Virus record (IMG/VR): IMGVR_UViG_3300037483_000286
Coordinates: 1,220-65,219 of that record
Length of the DNA: 64,000 nt
Direction: 5' to 3' (one strand)
Origin: a virus
Shown: positions 45,922 to 54,012 of the stretch, piece by piece
Numbering within the stretch: position 1 is the stretch's first letter
Layout: each line of letters begins with the position of its first letter
Made by a program: the position numbers and the translations under genes
The notes under the pieces: generated by a model
Seen by the model: the letters and a program-made list of their open reading frames with translations, nothing else
Told to the model about the DNA's origin: nothing
The model's database searches: none

Positions 45922-47514
45922 TTAGCGCTCCTCTGGCTCTTCGATAAGTACCAAAGTCTGTTTCGCCCGAGTCGTCGCAACATAGCACAGGTTCTCCTCT
46001 TGCTTGCGCTGCCATTCTTGGCGAGCCCAGGTGGCAGGACACTTGCTCGAGTTCAACCAGAACACGCGGTCCGCTTCCAGTCCCTTAGCCTTGTGGATTG
46101 TGGACAGCACAACCTGATTCACACCCTCTGCGAACAAGCTGTCGATAGTCTGCATCAGTGCATTCACAGTGTAATTCGTTTCCGACAATCCTTCGATCAA
46201 GCACAGGATGCAAGCGACCTTATCTGTCAGCGCTTCCGCTTTCGCGTCTTCCATTTTGGCCTTAGCCTTTTCCACTTCGCGATCGCGCCAGGCCTCCAGC
46301 TTAACCTCCAAATGTTCGATGCTGCTCGCATTCATCTTCGTGATCAGATTCTTCAGGCCCTGGCCAATTTCCTTGCCCAGAATGCGAACGGGAACCCGCG
46401 CGCGAAGCAACCTGAACGCGAGTGTAATCAACGGAGCGGTTGTACGGCAGACAACGAGGTCGTTCGCTGCGAAATTCGAAGTCTTCCAGTTAAAACCCAT
46501 CTGAACGACTTCACCCTCAGGAGCAGTGCCAGCAGCTTCGATATGGCTAACCCAATTGCGAGCGTGATTAACCACAGCCTGGCTGCAACGGTAGCTTATC
46601 GACAGCGGGAAGCGCTGGCAGTTGAATTCAGCGGCGACCTTATTCATGGACTCGGAGTCAGCTCCGCGAAAGCCGTAGATCGCTTGTGCAGGATCGCCGA
46701 CTCCAATCATGCGTGAATTCTGATGCAACACTTTGCGGAGCACTGCAATCTGAATCGAGTTCGTGTCCTGTAACTCGTCTACGAAGACGAAGTCGAACTT
46801 GTTGAGCACAAGGCCGTCCTTGACAGCGATGTACAGAAGATCATCGAAGTCGACCATCTTGTGGTCCTGATATTCGTTGGAAGCCTTCAGCAGCATGTGG
46901 GCCCATTCAATGCCACGGCTCATGTCTGCGAATTCGGACTCCGGCTCCAGATCATGTTGAATGCAGATATCCATCCAGGTCTGTTCTGTGTCCTGAATAA
47001 GGCACCCGATGCCAACCTGACGAGCCAAACCGACTAAGCGCTTTGCGAACGCGCCGTAGAATTCGAAATCAGTCTTAGTAGGTTCCATCCATTGAACTTT
47101 CAGCGCATCCGAGAGCTGGGAATAGATCACAGGATTCATGATCGCCTGGCACAGCTTGTGCAGCTTGTTCGTATCGACGTCCTTAGCACCGACGTGGCGC
47201 ATCACAGCGCTGTAAGTCAGCGAATGGAACGTACGGGCGTTAACGCCGCGCTTCTGCAATTCAGTTGCGATGGACTTGTTGAAGGCCAGGAACAGGCTGG
47301 AACCGCGCACGCGCTTGTTCGCTTCTTCGATCGTTGTGGTTTTACCTGAACCTGCAACTGCCTCAACGATCGCATTGCCTTCGCCGAACTCCACGAAGTC
47401 GAAAATCAAAGTCTGATGAGTGCTCCACACGCGCGTTGTATCGCGGGGAACATCATTGATCTCAAGCACCGAATGAGGCTTGACGTTTGAAGCGTTGAAG
47501 TCGAGGCGGGCCAT
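45922..47514 (-). CDS. superfamily 1 (UvrD/Rep-like) helicase
   Basis: AVAGSGKTTT, VDELQD, GDPAQAIYGFRGA, STIHKAKGLE, YVATTRA; start moved to ATG 47514 (AGGAG). Confidence 0.93.
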   Translation of the reverse strand: MARLDFNASNVKPHSVLEINDVPRDTTRVWSTHQTLIFDFVEFGEGNAIVEAVAGSGKTTTIEEANKRVRGSSLFLAFNKSIATELQKRGVNARTFHSLTYSAVMRHVGAKDVDTNKLHKLCQAIMNPVIYSQLSDALKVQWMEPTKTDFEFYGAFAKRLVGLARQVGIGCLIQDTEQTWMDICIQHDLEPESEFADMSRGIEWAHMLLKASNEYQDHKMVDFDDLLYIAVKDGLVLNKFDFVFVDELQDTNSIQIAVLRKVLHQNSRMIGVGDPAQAIYGFRGADSESMNKVAAEFNCQRFPLSISYRCSQAVVNHARNWVSHIEAAGTAPEGEVVQMGFNWKTSNFAANDLVVCRTTAPLITLAFRLLRARVPVRILGKEIGQGLKNLITKMNASSIEHLEVKLEAWRDREVEKAKAKMEDAKAEALTDKVACILCLIEGLSETNYTVNALMQTIDSLFAEGVNQVVLSTIHKAKGLEADRVFWLNSSKCPATWARQEWQRKQEENLCYVATTRAKQTLVLIEEPEER

Positions 47515-47543
47515 CTGTCTCTCCTGCTGCGTTACCTGGGACA

Positions 47544-47595
47544 AGCATAGCAGAACTACATCTGAAAGCCAGACATAGTTCACACTTTTAGCAGC
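47544..47595 (-). promoter_or_regulatory. early promoter cassette B
   Basis: GCTGCTAAAAGTGTGAACTAT-GTC-TGGCTT-16-TATGCT. Confidence 0.65.
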
Positions 47596-47932
47596 TCCCT
47601 CCGATAAACATGCAATGCTGGCTGGTAGCGATCCGAACCAAGCACTTGCCCCGGGTATTGACAGAATAAGCATCTGTCAAATAAGCCACAGCCTGTCGTG
47701 TATTCACCTTAATGTGCGAATACACATTACGCCCGCGCGTGTGGTTAGCGTCCACTCCACCCTGGTCCTTGCTAGGGGCGAACTGACTGCAGGCCAGGAA
47801 CAACGTCCTACCGCGTCTGCGCTTGATTGCAAGCACAGCCTGTTCGAACTCCAGCTGCTGTTCCTTGATCGGGTCCGGTTCGGGCGTAGCAGCGCCTTCA
47901 ACGATCCCATCCCATTCTATAGCCTTATTCAT
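47588..47932 (-). CDS. hypothetical protein
   Basis: start at ATG 47932, overlapping the upstream stop. Confidence 0.55.
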   Translation of the reverse strand: MNKAIEWDGIVEGAATPEPDPIKEQQLEFEQAVLAIKRRRGRTLFLACSQFAPSKDQGGVDANHTRGRNVYSHIKVNTRQAVAYLTDAYSVNTRGKCLVRIATSQHCMFIGGSC

Positions 47933-48120
47933 GACACTCCCCAATGTTTGATCTTTTCCGCTGCACTCAAACCAGGCAAGAAATCCCAGCGCTTCTGATC
48001 CCGGTAGGCGATAGCGCCCAGCGGACCGTTGAACGAGCGCACCATGAACTTCGCCTGCACAGCGGCGTTGACAGTGTTGTACGGATCGAATCCGTAGATA
48101 GTTTGAACGAACTTGTTCAT
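47929..48120 (-). CDS. hypothetical protein
   Basis: start at ATG 48120, ATGA-coupled. Confidence 0.55.
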   Translation of the reverse strand: MNKFVQTIYGFDPYNTVNAAVQAKFMVRSFNGPLGAIAYRDQKRWDFLPGLSAAEKIKHWGVS

Positions 48121-48200
48121 GATGCAATCCCCAGGGCACGCGTAACGACACGGCCCAAAAGTGTACCCGTGAGAACGATTGCGATGCAAAGAATGATCAT
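48117..48200 (-). CDS. 27-aa hydrophobic peptide
   Basis: TAAGGAG RBS after cassette C; MIILCIAIVLTGTLLGRVVTRALGIAS; stop overlaps the next start. Confidence 0.55.
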   Translation of the reverse strand: MIILCIAIVLTGTLLGRVVTRALGIAS

Positions 48201-48225
48201 GTGCGTCTCCTTAACCAGTGAGCCT

Positions 48226-48273
48226 AGTATCTACGCTTCCCTGCGCAGATACCAGACTTAGTTCACACTTTTA
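48226..48273 (-). promoter_or_regulatory. early promoter cassette C
   Basis: TAAAAGTGTGAACTAA-GTC-TGGTAT-17-GATACT. Confidence 0.65.
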
Positions 48274-48585
48274 CTCGATTTCTCCGTCAGTAACCACAGT
48301 GCATTCGGACACGCGTTGCGCTAGTAGCAGCTCCAGGCGTTCAATCTGCTTGGCATAGTCCCGCGTCTTGAGTCCTGTCAAGGACTTCGCAGTCTTGAGC
48401 GCGCTTAGGCCGCGCGACATACGCATACCCTTGGACTCGAGCTTGAGTCCAGAGATAATGACCCTGATTCGGAATGCGTCCACTGCCTTGTCACCGCTGA
48501 CACTTTGCAGCTGGCCGTCCTTGTTCGTGATCACAGCCTGGGTAAGCTGCGGAAGAAGGGGTTTTTTCAGATCGATGGGGTTCAT
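48271..48585 (-). CDS. hypothetical protein
   Basis: AGGAG RBS after cassette E. Confidence 0.7.
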   Translation of the reverse strand: MNPIDLKKPLLPQLTQAVITNKDGQLQSVSGDKAVDAFRIRVIISGLKLESKGMRMSRGLSALKTAKSLTGLKTRDYAKQIERLELLLAQRVSECTVVTDGEIE

Positions 48586-48610
48586 CTGCGTCTCCTGTTA
48601 ACCTAGGAGT

Positions 48611-48658
48611 AGCTTATCCCACGCAGACACTAAAATCCAGAACTATCTCACACTTCTA
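48611..48658 (-). promoter_or_regulatory. early promoter cassette E
   Basis: TAGAAGTGTGAGATAG-TTC-TGGATT-17-TAAGCT. Confidence 0.6.
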
Positions 48659-48989
48659 TCGGCCGAATATTATGACGTTCTGTTAACTGGTTCGATTCAC
48701 GATAGAAGTAGCCGCTATCCCGCTGCTGGAACCCGTGCCGCTGATACCAGGCAGCGAGCTGCAGGCTTGTCAAGCCTCCGCTTTCTAAAGGTACCAGGCG
48801 AAGCGTAACATGATTTTTATCTGCCTCCATGCAGATCATATTCAGCAGCTGGCGTCCGAATCCGTTCTCCCTGTACTTGCCAGGAACATTGATTCGATTC
48901 ACTTCGTACAGGCGTCCGCGCACCTTGGACAAGTCCGCGATCGCGATATGAAATCCGTTCTCCATCCGAATGTAGAAACAAGTACGCAT
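48648..48989 (-). CDS. GNAT-family acetyltransferase
   Basis: RINVPGKYRENGFGRQLL (acetyl-CoA motif A) and L.AWYQRHGF. Confidence 0.85.
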   Translation of the reverse strand: MRTCFYIRMENGFHIAIADLSKVRGRLYEVNRINVPGKYRENGFGRQLLNMICMEADKNHVTLRLVPLESGGLTSLQLAAWYQRHGFQQRDSGYFYRESNQLTERHNIRPIEV

Positions 48990-48990
48990 A

Positions 48991-49224
48991 TCATTTTGTA
49001 GTGTAGATGATACTACGCGTGATCTGCATCAAGCCGGATGCCGTATCCAGTTGCAAGTCCAGCAAGTCGTGCATCTGTTGCCGGTAGCTGTCCACCAGCG
49101 GAGTGTTGTTCATCATTGCTGCTGAATCATACAGCTTACGGATAGCATCACGCTGGTGCTCCATCGCGACAGTGCGGATCTGCAGCTCGCGCAACATATC
49201 CATCAACTGTTCACGACTTTGCAC
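48991..49224 (-). CDS. hypothetical helical protein
   Basis: 77-aa ORF tiling the early region. Confidence 0.55.
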   Translation of the reverse strand: MQSREQLMDMLRELQIRTVAMEHQRDAIRKLYDSAAMMNNTPLVDSYRQQMHDLLDLQLDTASGLMQITRSIIYTTK

Positions 49225-49645
49225 GACTCACCTTCACTAGCTTCCGAACAATATGCACCCGTCCGAACTTGATCTCTGTGTTCATGTGCCCATGCCTATC
49301 TGGGCAAGGCCGGTTGCCTACGCCGTGGATATAGCGTCGAACGAACCCCTTATCGACGTCTGCGATCAAGCACAGACTCTGACGCCTGCCGTTCAAGTAC
49401 ACATCGTATGCGGAGCAGACGTCTTGCGGAGTGACACCTACTTCCATACGGCGCGGAGCCACTGGCAACTGAGCAATGACCTGTTGGATCTCCGCATGAG
49501 CAACGATCACAGCCGCTGCAGTAGCCAGCGTCGGCAAAGGAATCGATTTCAACGCGTCAATTTTCTCCTGCGCACTCTTCGGGATGTAAGACACGTTCGT
49601 CCTCCTGTTTCGCTGAACTGAATTGCTTACGATGGTTCTTGCCAC
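49211..49645 (-). CDS. hypothetical protein (true start uncertain)
   Basis: tiles the early region; an internal GTG with AGGAGG is a likely start. Confidence 0.55.
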   Translation of the reverse strand: MARTIVSNSVQRNRRTNVSYIPKSAQEKIDALKSIPLPTLATAAAVIVAHAEIQQVIAQLPVAPRRMEVGVTPQDVCSAYDVYLNGRRQSLCLIADVDKGFVRRYIHGVGNRPCPDRHGHMNTEIKFGRVHIVRKLVKVSRAKS

Positions 49646-49760
49646 ACTCCGTACAACGTCTGCAGCATGCCATCACATGCATAACATTCTCACCCTTATG
49701 GCAGTGGCATTCACACTTCCTGCAGTACTTGCAATCATTCAACGGGTGGCAATGTAGCAC
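49557..49760 (-). CDS. small Cys/His-rich protein
   Basis: CHPLNDCKYCRKCECHCH and CCRRCTECG; overlaps neighbours. Confidence 0.35.
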   Translation of the reverse strand: MLHCHPLNDCKYCRKCECHCHKGENVMHVMACCRRCTECGKNHRKQFSSAKQEDERVLHPEECAGEN

Positions 49761-49992
49761 TAGGCCTCTCCACTTCCAAGAGTTGAGGTTGCAGTTGATG
49801 ATTGAATGTCAGGATCGTATGCCACAGCTCACCCGTTACAAGCACGCGTAGGCGTTCGCGCCAGGACAGCTTCCAGCAGCACACCAGACGTCCATGCGGA
49901 TCGTTAGGAACGCGATACGCAGGCAGCGGAATGTATTCGGGCTGGTCCTTAGCGATTACGACATTATGGCCTGGAAATTCAAATAGCTTCAT
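49735..49992 (-). CDS. hypothetical protein
   Basis: AKDQPEYIPLPA...CCWKLSWRER..VL..G pattern seen in phage genes (recall). Confidence 0.65.
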   Translation of the reverse strand: MKLFEFPGHNVVIAKDQPEYIPLPAYRVPNDPHGRLVCCWKLSWRERLRVLVTGELWHTILTFNHQLQPQLLEVERPSATLPPVE

Positions 49993-50518
49993 TCAAGTAC
50001 CACTCCAAGGTCTTCGCTGCCATCTCCCAACCGAACGCCACACATCCATAATAGCCTTGCCCCTGCACAAACTCAAGAAACTCGTCCTGTTCAGGCTTCA
50101 CGTCTTTCATTGTCCCATTCTTGCGCTTCATCTCAATGTAGATGCCGCAGTAATGAATCTTCGATGGATTCGCTTTGCCTTTCCACATCGGAACAGGTAA
50201 GCAGACATCACTGATGCCCTTCTTGACACCTTCAGCCTTGAAACGCGATCCCTCAGCTCGGCTCCTACCTCCTCCATTCGGGATGGCGTACAGCCAGCGC
50301 AGTACAGGGAAGCGTTTTGTATTCAGTGCAGCCCAACAGAATAGTGCAGTCTGCTCACCGTGCTCAGTGCCTGATTGCGCAAGCTGGTCAGGAGTCATTA
50401 CCGTCTTCGTTGTCCTCCGGGTCGCCGATGGACCCAAGGAAACGCTTGGCTTCAGCTCCACGGCTCCTCTCCTTGACGACGTTCCCCATGTTCGGCGGCG
50501 CACAGATAGCATCTCCAA
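49979..50518 (-). CDS. VRR-NUC domain nuclease (start probably internal, MTPDQL)
   Basis: EHGEQ..LF.W, YAIPNGG.R, KAEGVKKG.SD, IEMKR, QG.YGCV..GW. Confidence 0.88.
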   Translation of the reverse strand: MEMLSVRRRTWGTSSRRGAVELKPSVSLGPSATRRTTKTVMTPDQLAQSGTEHGEQTALFCWAALNTKRFPVLRWLYAIPNGGGRSRAEGSRFKAEGVKKGISDVCLPVPMWKGKANPSKIHYCGIYIEMKRKNGTMKDVKPEQDEFLEFVQGQGYYGCVAFGWEMAAKTLEWYLNEAI

Positions 50519-50541
50519 ACATCCACCAGCCAGGATAGTGA

Positions 50542-50868
50542 CTATCGATCTTCTCGCTGTCCCGCTGACGATGTCCCCACTGCCAGCGACCTGTGTGGTG
50601 ATTGTCCTGCGTCTCGAATATCTTGTGCCACATCATAGTCCCCCCACTTCCAGCGTTTCCACCATTCTGCGTTCCACAAGCGGCGAACGAAATAACCGCG
50701 AACTACAGATAGTATAGTCATACACCCTGTGAGCTTCAGGTTCTGACTATGGGTCATTGGAATATCGTAGAGCTTGCAGAATGTCCAAGTCGCTACAAGG
50801 GCGATCACAAGGCCGATTATGGTACTGACCACAGCCTCAACGATAGATGCGAGCCTACTTTGTCGCAC
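50542..50868 (-). CDS. DUF7220-like small membrane protein
   Basis: QSRL.S.VEA.....IG, N......T..S..RGY.VRR.WN. Confidence 0.7.
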   Translation of the reverse strand: MRQSRLASIVEAVVSTIIGLVIALVATWTFCKLYDIPMTHSQNLKLTGCMTILSVVRGYFVRRLWNAEWWKRWKWGDYDVAQDIRDAGQSPHRSLAVGTSSAGQREDR

Positions 50869-50871
50869 GAA

Positions 50872-51150
50872 TCACCCTGTTTTCAGCTGTAGGCAGAAAA
50901 CCTCGCCGATTGCTACAAGCAGAGGTCCTCCTCTCTGATGACTAAGCGAAAGAGTCATTGTCGAACCGTCGGGCACACCACCGACTTCGTCACACACCAT
51001 GCTGACATCCGTCCTTTTCGTGACTCCGAATGAGTCAGTGGTCTTTCGGTCTTCAACAGAAACGACTCTGAATTTCATCTGTATGTCTTCCATTTGCACG
51101 AATGTGAATGCTTCCCTGCAAGTGTAAACGCCTGTTCCATATCTTTGCAA
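50872..51150 (-). CDS. hypothetical protein
   Basis: tiles the early region; start uncertain. Confidence 0.45.
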   Translation of the reverse strand: MQRYGTGVYTCREAFTFVQMEDIQMKFRVVSVEDRKTTDSFGVTKRTDVSMVCDEVGGVPDGSTMTLSLSHQRGGPLLVAIGEVFCLQLKTG

Positions 51151-51476
51151 GACGTAACAAGCGGATGATTCTTGAAGCTGAAATTTCCATCCAGCAGATT
51201 GGATCCGTCAAAGCCTACAAGAAACACTCGCCTGTTTCTGCCTAGCGCCACTCCGATCTCAACAAGGCCGCCCTTCAGTATCTCACCTGCCTCGCGATAT
51301 GCAATCAACACGTCTGCGCGCGTAGCTTCCAGAACGCAGCGGAGCCAGAGATCCTCCAAGGATTTAGATTCTCCCTGTCCTGCTTCGTAGATCCATGTGC
51401 TGATGATAGGGCAACCACTGTCCTTCAGTGCGCGCCACTTAGGAGCATGCACAGTCTTTGATGCAATATAAATCAC
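51075..51476 (-). CDS. nucleoside 2-deoxyribosyltransferase-like protein
   Basis: IYIAS, ADVLIAY, G.LVEIG.ALG...VFLV. Confidence 0.75.
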   Translation of the reverse strand: MIYIASKTVHAPKWRALKDSGCPIISTWIYEAGQGESKSLEDLWLRCVLEATRADVLIAYREAGEILKGGLVEIGVALGRNRRVFLVGFDGSNLLDGNFSFKNHPLVTSCKDMEQAFTLAGKHSHSCKWKTYR

Positions 51477-51556
51477 AAACTACCTCATCGCTGCGAACAG
51501 TATGGACAGCGCACAAGCCACTAGAATCAGAAGCACGCCAATGAATCGGCTCGTCG

Positions 51557-51931
51557 TCATTTGTTGGCCCTAGCCAGCGACTCCGCGAGCAGAGCGCCAT
51601 ACGAGACGTTATCCTCAGCACTGTCCGCATGGTAGCCCGGAGCACTGAATAAGCGTACCTGTTTCAGCACCTGCAGGAACAACCAGGCTTCGGATTCGCT
51701 GATTGCACGCTCACCCTCACGTCGAGTGATAGCGTTGAACGCCGCTGCAATCGCACCAGCACTGCGCTCACCTGTGGGTTGGTCGTATGCGACGGCTCGC
51801 TCACGTTGATGAGCCGCAGCAGCTTCCAGCACTCCTATAGAACTAACCACAGGTTGCAGGACTGCAGGCTGGCGGTTAGGAAAGGAATCATCCGAGAGGT
51901 CAATGTGCTTTCCGCCTTTGCCGTCACTCAT
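51557..51931 (-). CDS. DUF6378-like protein
   Basis: L..A.....ER...YD...GERS, W.F...LK..R, DS..D...Y.AL..E. Confidence 0.7.
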   Translation of the reverse strand: MSDGKGGKHIDLSDDSFPNRQPAVLQPVVSSIGVLEAAAAHQRERAVAYDQPTGERSAGAIAAAFNAITRREGERAISESEAWLFLQVLKQVRLFSAPGYHADSAEDNVSYGALLAESLARANK

Positions 51932-52188
51932 TTTGACTTACCTTCAGTGAATGTTATAGTGTCGTCTGCTTTCTGAGGCAACTGTTTATAGTCCCACAGC
52001 CGCTTGCGTGAGTTCCATTCTTCGACTCCGATGAAGCCTGCAATCACAAGAACGAGAGCAGAAGCAATCCATCCAACGATATGCCACCCACCTGACATCG
52101 TGATGATGACACAAAAGGCTGTAATGAACACAGAGACAATCAAGCCAATTAAGATGTACTCAACCAGCCTATATGGATTGACTTTCAT
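51928..52188 (-). CDS. two-TM membrane protein
   Basis: two hydrophobic helices. Confidence 0.6.
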   Translation of the reverse strand: MKVNPYRLVEYILIGLIVSVFITAFCVIITMSGGWHIVGWIASALVLVIAGFIGVEEWNSRKRLWDYKQLPQKADDTITFTEGKSK

Positions 52189-52613
52189 GTCAGATGCATC
52201 TCCAGTTTCTTAATCCACTCACGCAAGCCTTGCATCGCCAGGGTTCGCGCCTCACTGTCCCTCGCGTGCCCTACTGCCATCAAGTCGGACTCCGCTATTC
52301 GCTGCGCCTCCTCCAGCAACCTGCGCGCGTTGACGTTCCACTCGCGCAACTGCTTCAATTCAGTGTACAGCGGCTTCGTGAGTGTATCGTTCTCCCGTGC
52401 AGCCTCTGTGAGCTCGTCCTCCGGCAAGAAGCGTGCGCGGCCTTCGTCCAGAATGATCAAATGGGACAGGCCGCAATCGCAGCAGGTTTGATAAATCATT
52501 CCCTCGTGGTAGATCCACGTCATGTAGTGCGCGGGAATGATGCTTCGCGCAGCTTCGATAGCAGCCTCGCGGTTCATTCCGCTACACCAAGCAAGCGGAC
52601 ATCGAAATCGCAA
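52185..52613 (-). CDS. hypothetical protein
   Basis: QTCCDCGLSH and coiled coil; start uncertain. Confidence 0.55.
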   Translation of the reverse strand: MRFRCPLAWCSGMNREAAIEAARSIIPAHYMTWIYHEGMIYQTCCDCGLSHLIILDEGRARFLPEDELTEAARENDTLTKPLYTELKQLREWNVNARRLLEEAQRIAESDLMAVGHARDSEARTLAMQGLREWIKKLEMHLT

Positions 52614-53158
52614 CGTGGGATGATGTAGCCGTGGTTCGCTGCCACCTCGACAGCCAAGTTCAGTGCTGCATCCATAGTGGCAGCACGAACGTGAATAGCG
52701 CCCGCGAGCTCAATCGTCGTTGTGATGCCATTGGCTGTGTGAACGATAGGCTTGGCAGGCGTTCCGATGTAAGTACAGAGGTACTCGTTCACCTGGGCAG
52801 CGGCTTTGCCGAACATCAAGGTGTGTCCGTTGTCAGCATGCGGAGTGACGCGCCTCGGCGTTTCGAATCCACGTCTGTCGCATTCTGCAGTCAGCTGACC
52901 ATCGCTTGCCAGAACTAGCGCCATTGAGATGGATTGATCAGGAAAATCCCTCTTCGACTCCAGCTCACTGATGTACTTGGCAATACGCCCACGCGCAGTA
53001 GACAGTCCATTCCAATGATTCAGTTCGGTCGCGCCGGTCTTCCGCATCTTCGCGACGTAGTCCTGTATCTCGTCACGCAAGGTCTGCAGCAAGTGCCTGC
53101 CTGTGAACGACAACGGGATAGGGCCCATTGTGGAAGACTTATAGACTTCGCGTGACAT
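52574..53158 (-). CDS. hypothetical protein
   Basis: 194-aa ORF with GGGGA RBS. Confidence 0.65.
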   Translation of the reverse strand: MSREVYKSSTMGPIPLSFTGRHLLQTLRDEIQDYVAKMRKTGATELNHWNGLSTARGRIAKYISELESKRDFPDQSISMALVLASDGQLTAECDRRGFETPRRVTPHADNGHTLMFGKAAAQVNEYLCTYIGTPAKPIVHTANGITTTIELAGAIHVRAATMDAALNLAVEVAANHGYIIPRCDFDVRLLGVAE

Positions 53159-53205
53159 CGTTATTCCCCAGTGAAAGCTAATGCTCGCACTTCAACGAAA
53201 TGATT

Positions 53206-53427
53206 TCAACTACCTTGTTTGAGACGTTGCGCAACCTGCTCCAGCAGGCGGACCCGCTGCGAGCCGACGTCCATGTTACTGACGACAGTAGCGTCACCAC
53301 TATCCTCAACCAAAATCATCAGGAACGGCCTGGACTTGCCTCGGAAGTTCTTAACGACACGATTCACAGCCTTAGCCAGGTCGCCAGGACCCTGGGAGAC
53401 TTTAGGCAGGAGGAGTATGTTGCTCAT
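53206..53427 (-). CDS. hypothetical protein
   Basis: 73 aa, tiles the operon. Confidence 0.55.
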   Translation of the reverse strand: MSNILLLPKVSQGPGDLAKAVNRVVKNFRGKSRPFLMILVEDSGDATVVSNMDVGSQRVRLLEQVAQRLKQGS

Positions 53428-53611
53428 TCACTTGATCCTTAGGCTTGACAGCGTTCCACAGCATCATCGATTTACAGCGAGGGCACATGTTCACGATCTT
53501 GCGCTCCACTTGCGACCCTTCATAAGGCACATTGTGAGTGCAGCCGCAAGGCAGATTATTCAATGCCTTGAACATTGCTGTCGCTGCGCGCAATTCAGGT
53601 GGGTCGATCAA
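53402..53611 (-). CDS. small Cys-containing protein
   Basis: PCGC...MCPRC; ATGA-coupled. Confidence 0.5.
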   Translation of the reverse strand: MIDPPELRAATAMFKALNNLPCGCTHNVPYEGSQVERKIVNMCPRCKSMMLWNAVKPKDQVNEQHTPPA

Positions 53612-54012
53612 ATGACTTTCTCCTGCGCAGGCAAGTACGCTCGCGCTAACCCCATGACAACGTACCCTTCGCGAACTCCTTGGTGCTCGCCCAGAATATA
53701 CGTTACCCGGTGCGAGCTTTCCAGTCCTGTATAGCGCCCACCACTAGCCTTGCTTGCACGCATAGCGCTTTCATAATCTCCATCTAATGAAAGCGGGCAA
53801 TCAGGACAAGGATCCATCTCGTCAGGCGCTGTACGAATTCTACCGTGGCCTTTACAAGTGCCACAAGGGTCAAATTCTTTTAATACAAGGATATCGTCCA
53901 CTTTGAAGTCACGATCATTCAGCCGCACTTCAAATGTCTTCTCCCTGTTGCGGACAGCACGGAAGTATTCGGGCCAGGTTTTAAGGTTGTGCTTTTTCAT
54001 CATACGCTCCAA
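53608..54012 (-). CDS. DUF3850 (ASCH/PUA-like) protein with a CxxC insertion
   Basis: H.LKTWPEYF.AV....KTFEVRLNDRDF.V.D.L.L.EFD...VTYIL...GYVVMGL. Confidence 0.85.
   Translation of the reverse strand: MERMMKKHNLKTWPEYFRAVRNREKTFEVRLNDRDFKVDDILVLKEFDPCGTCKGHGRIRTAPDEMDPCPDCPLSLDGDYESAMRASKASGGRYTGLESSHRVTYILGEHQGVREGYVVMGLARAYLPAQEKVI

Noticed and set aside
45922-47673. ORF-track 583-aa start for the UvrD helicase
   Set aside because: The extension runs through promoter cassette B and the upstream gene end; ATG 47514 has the AGGAG RBS
49709-49720. AAGTGTGAA match to the promoter cassette
   Set aside because: Lies within the coding CRKCEC tract, with no correctly spaced -35/-10 or RBS
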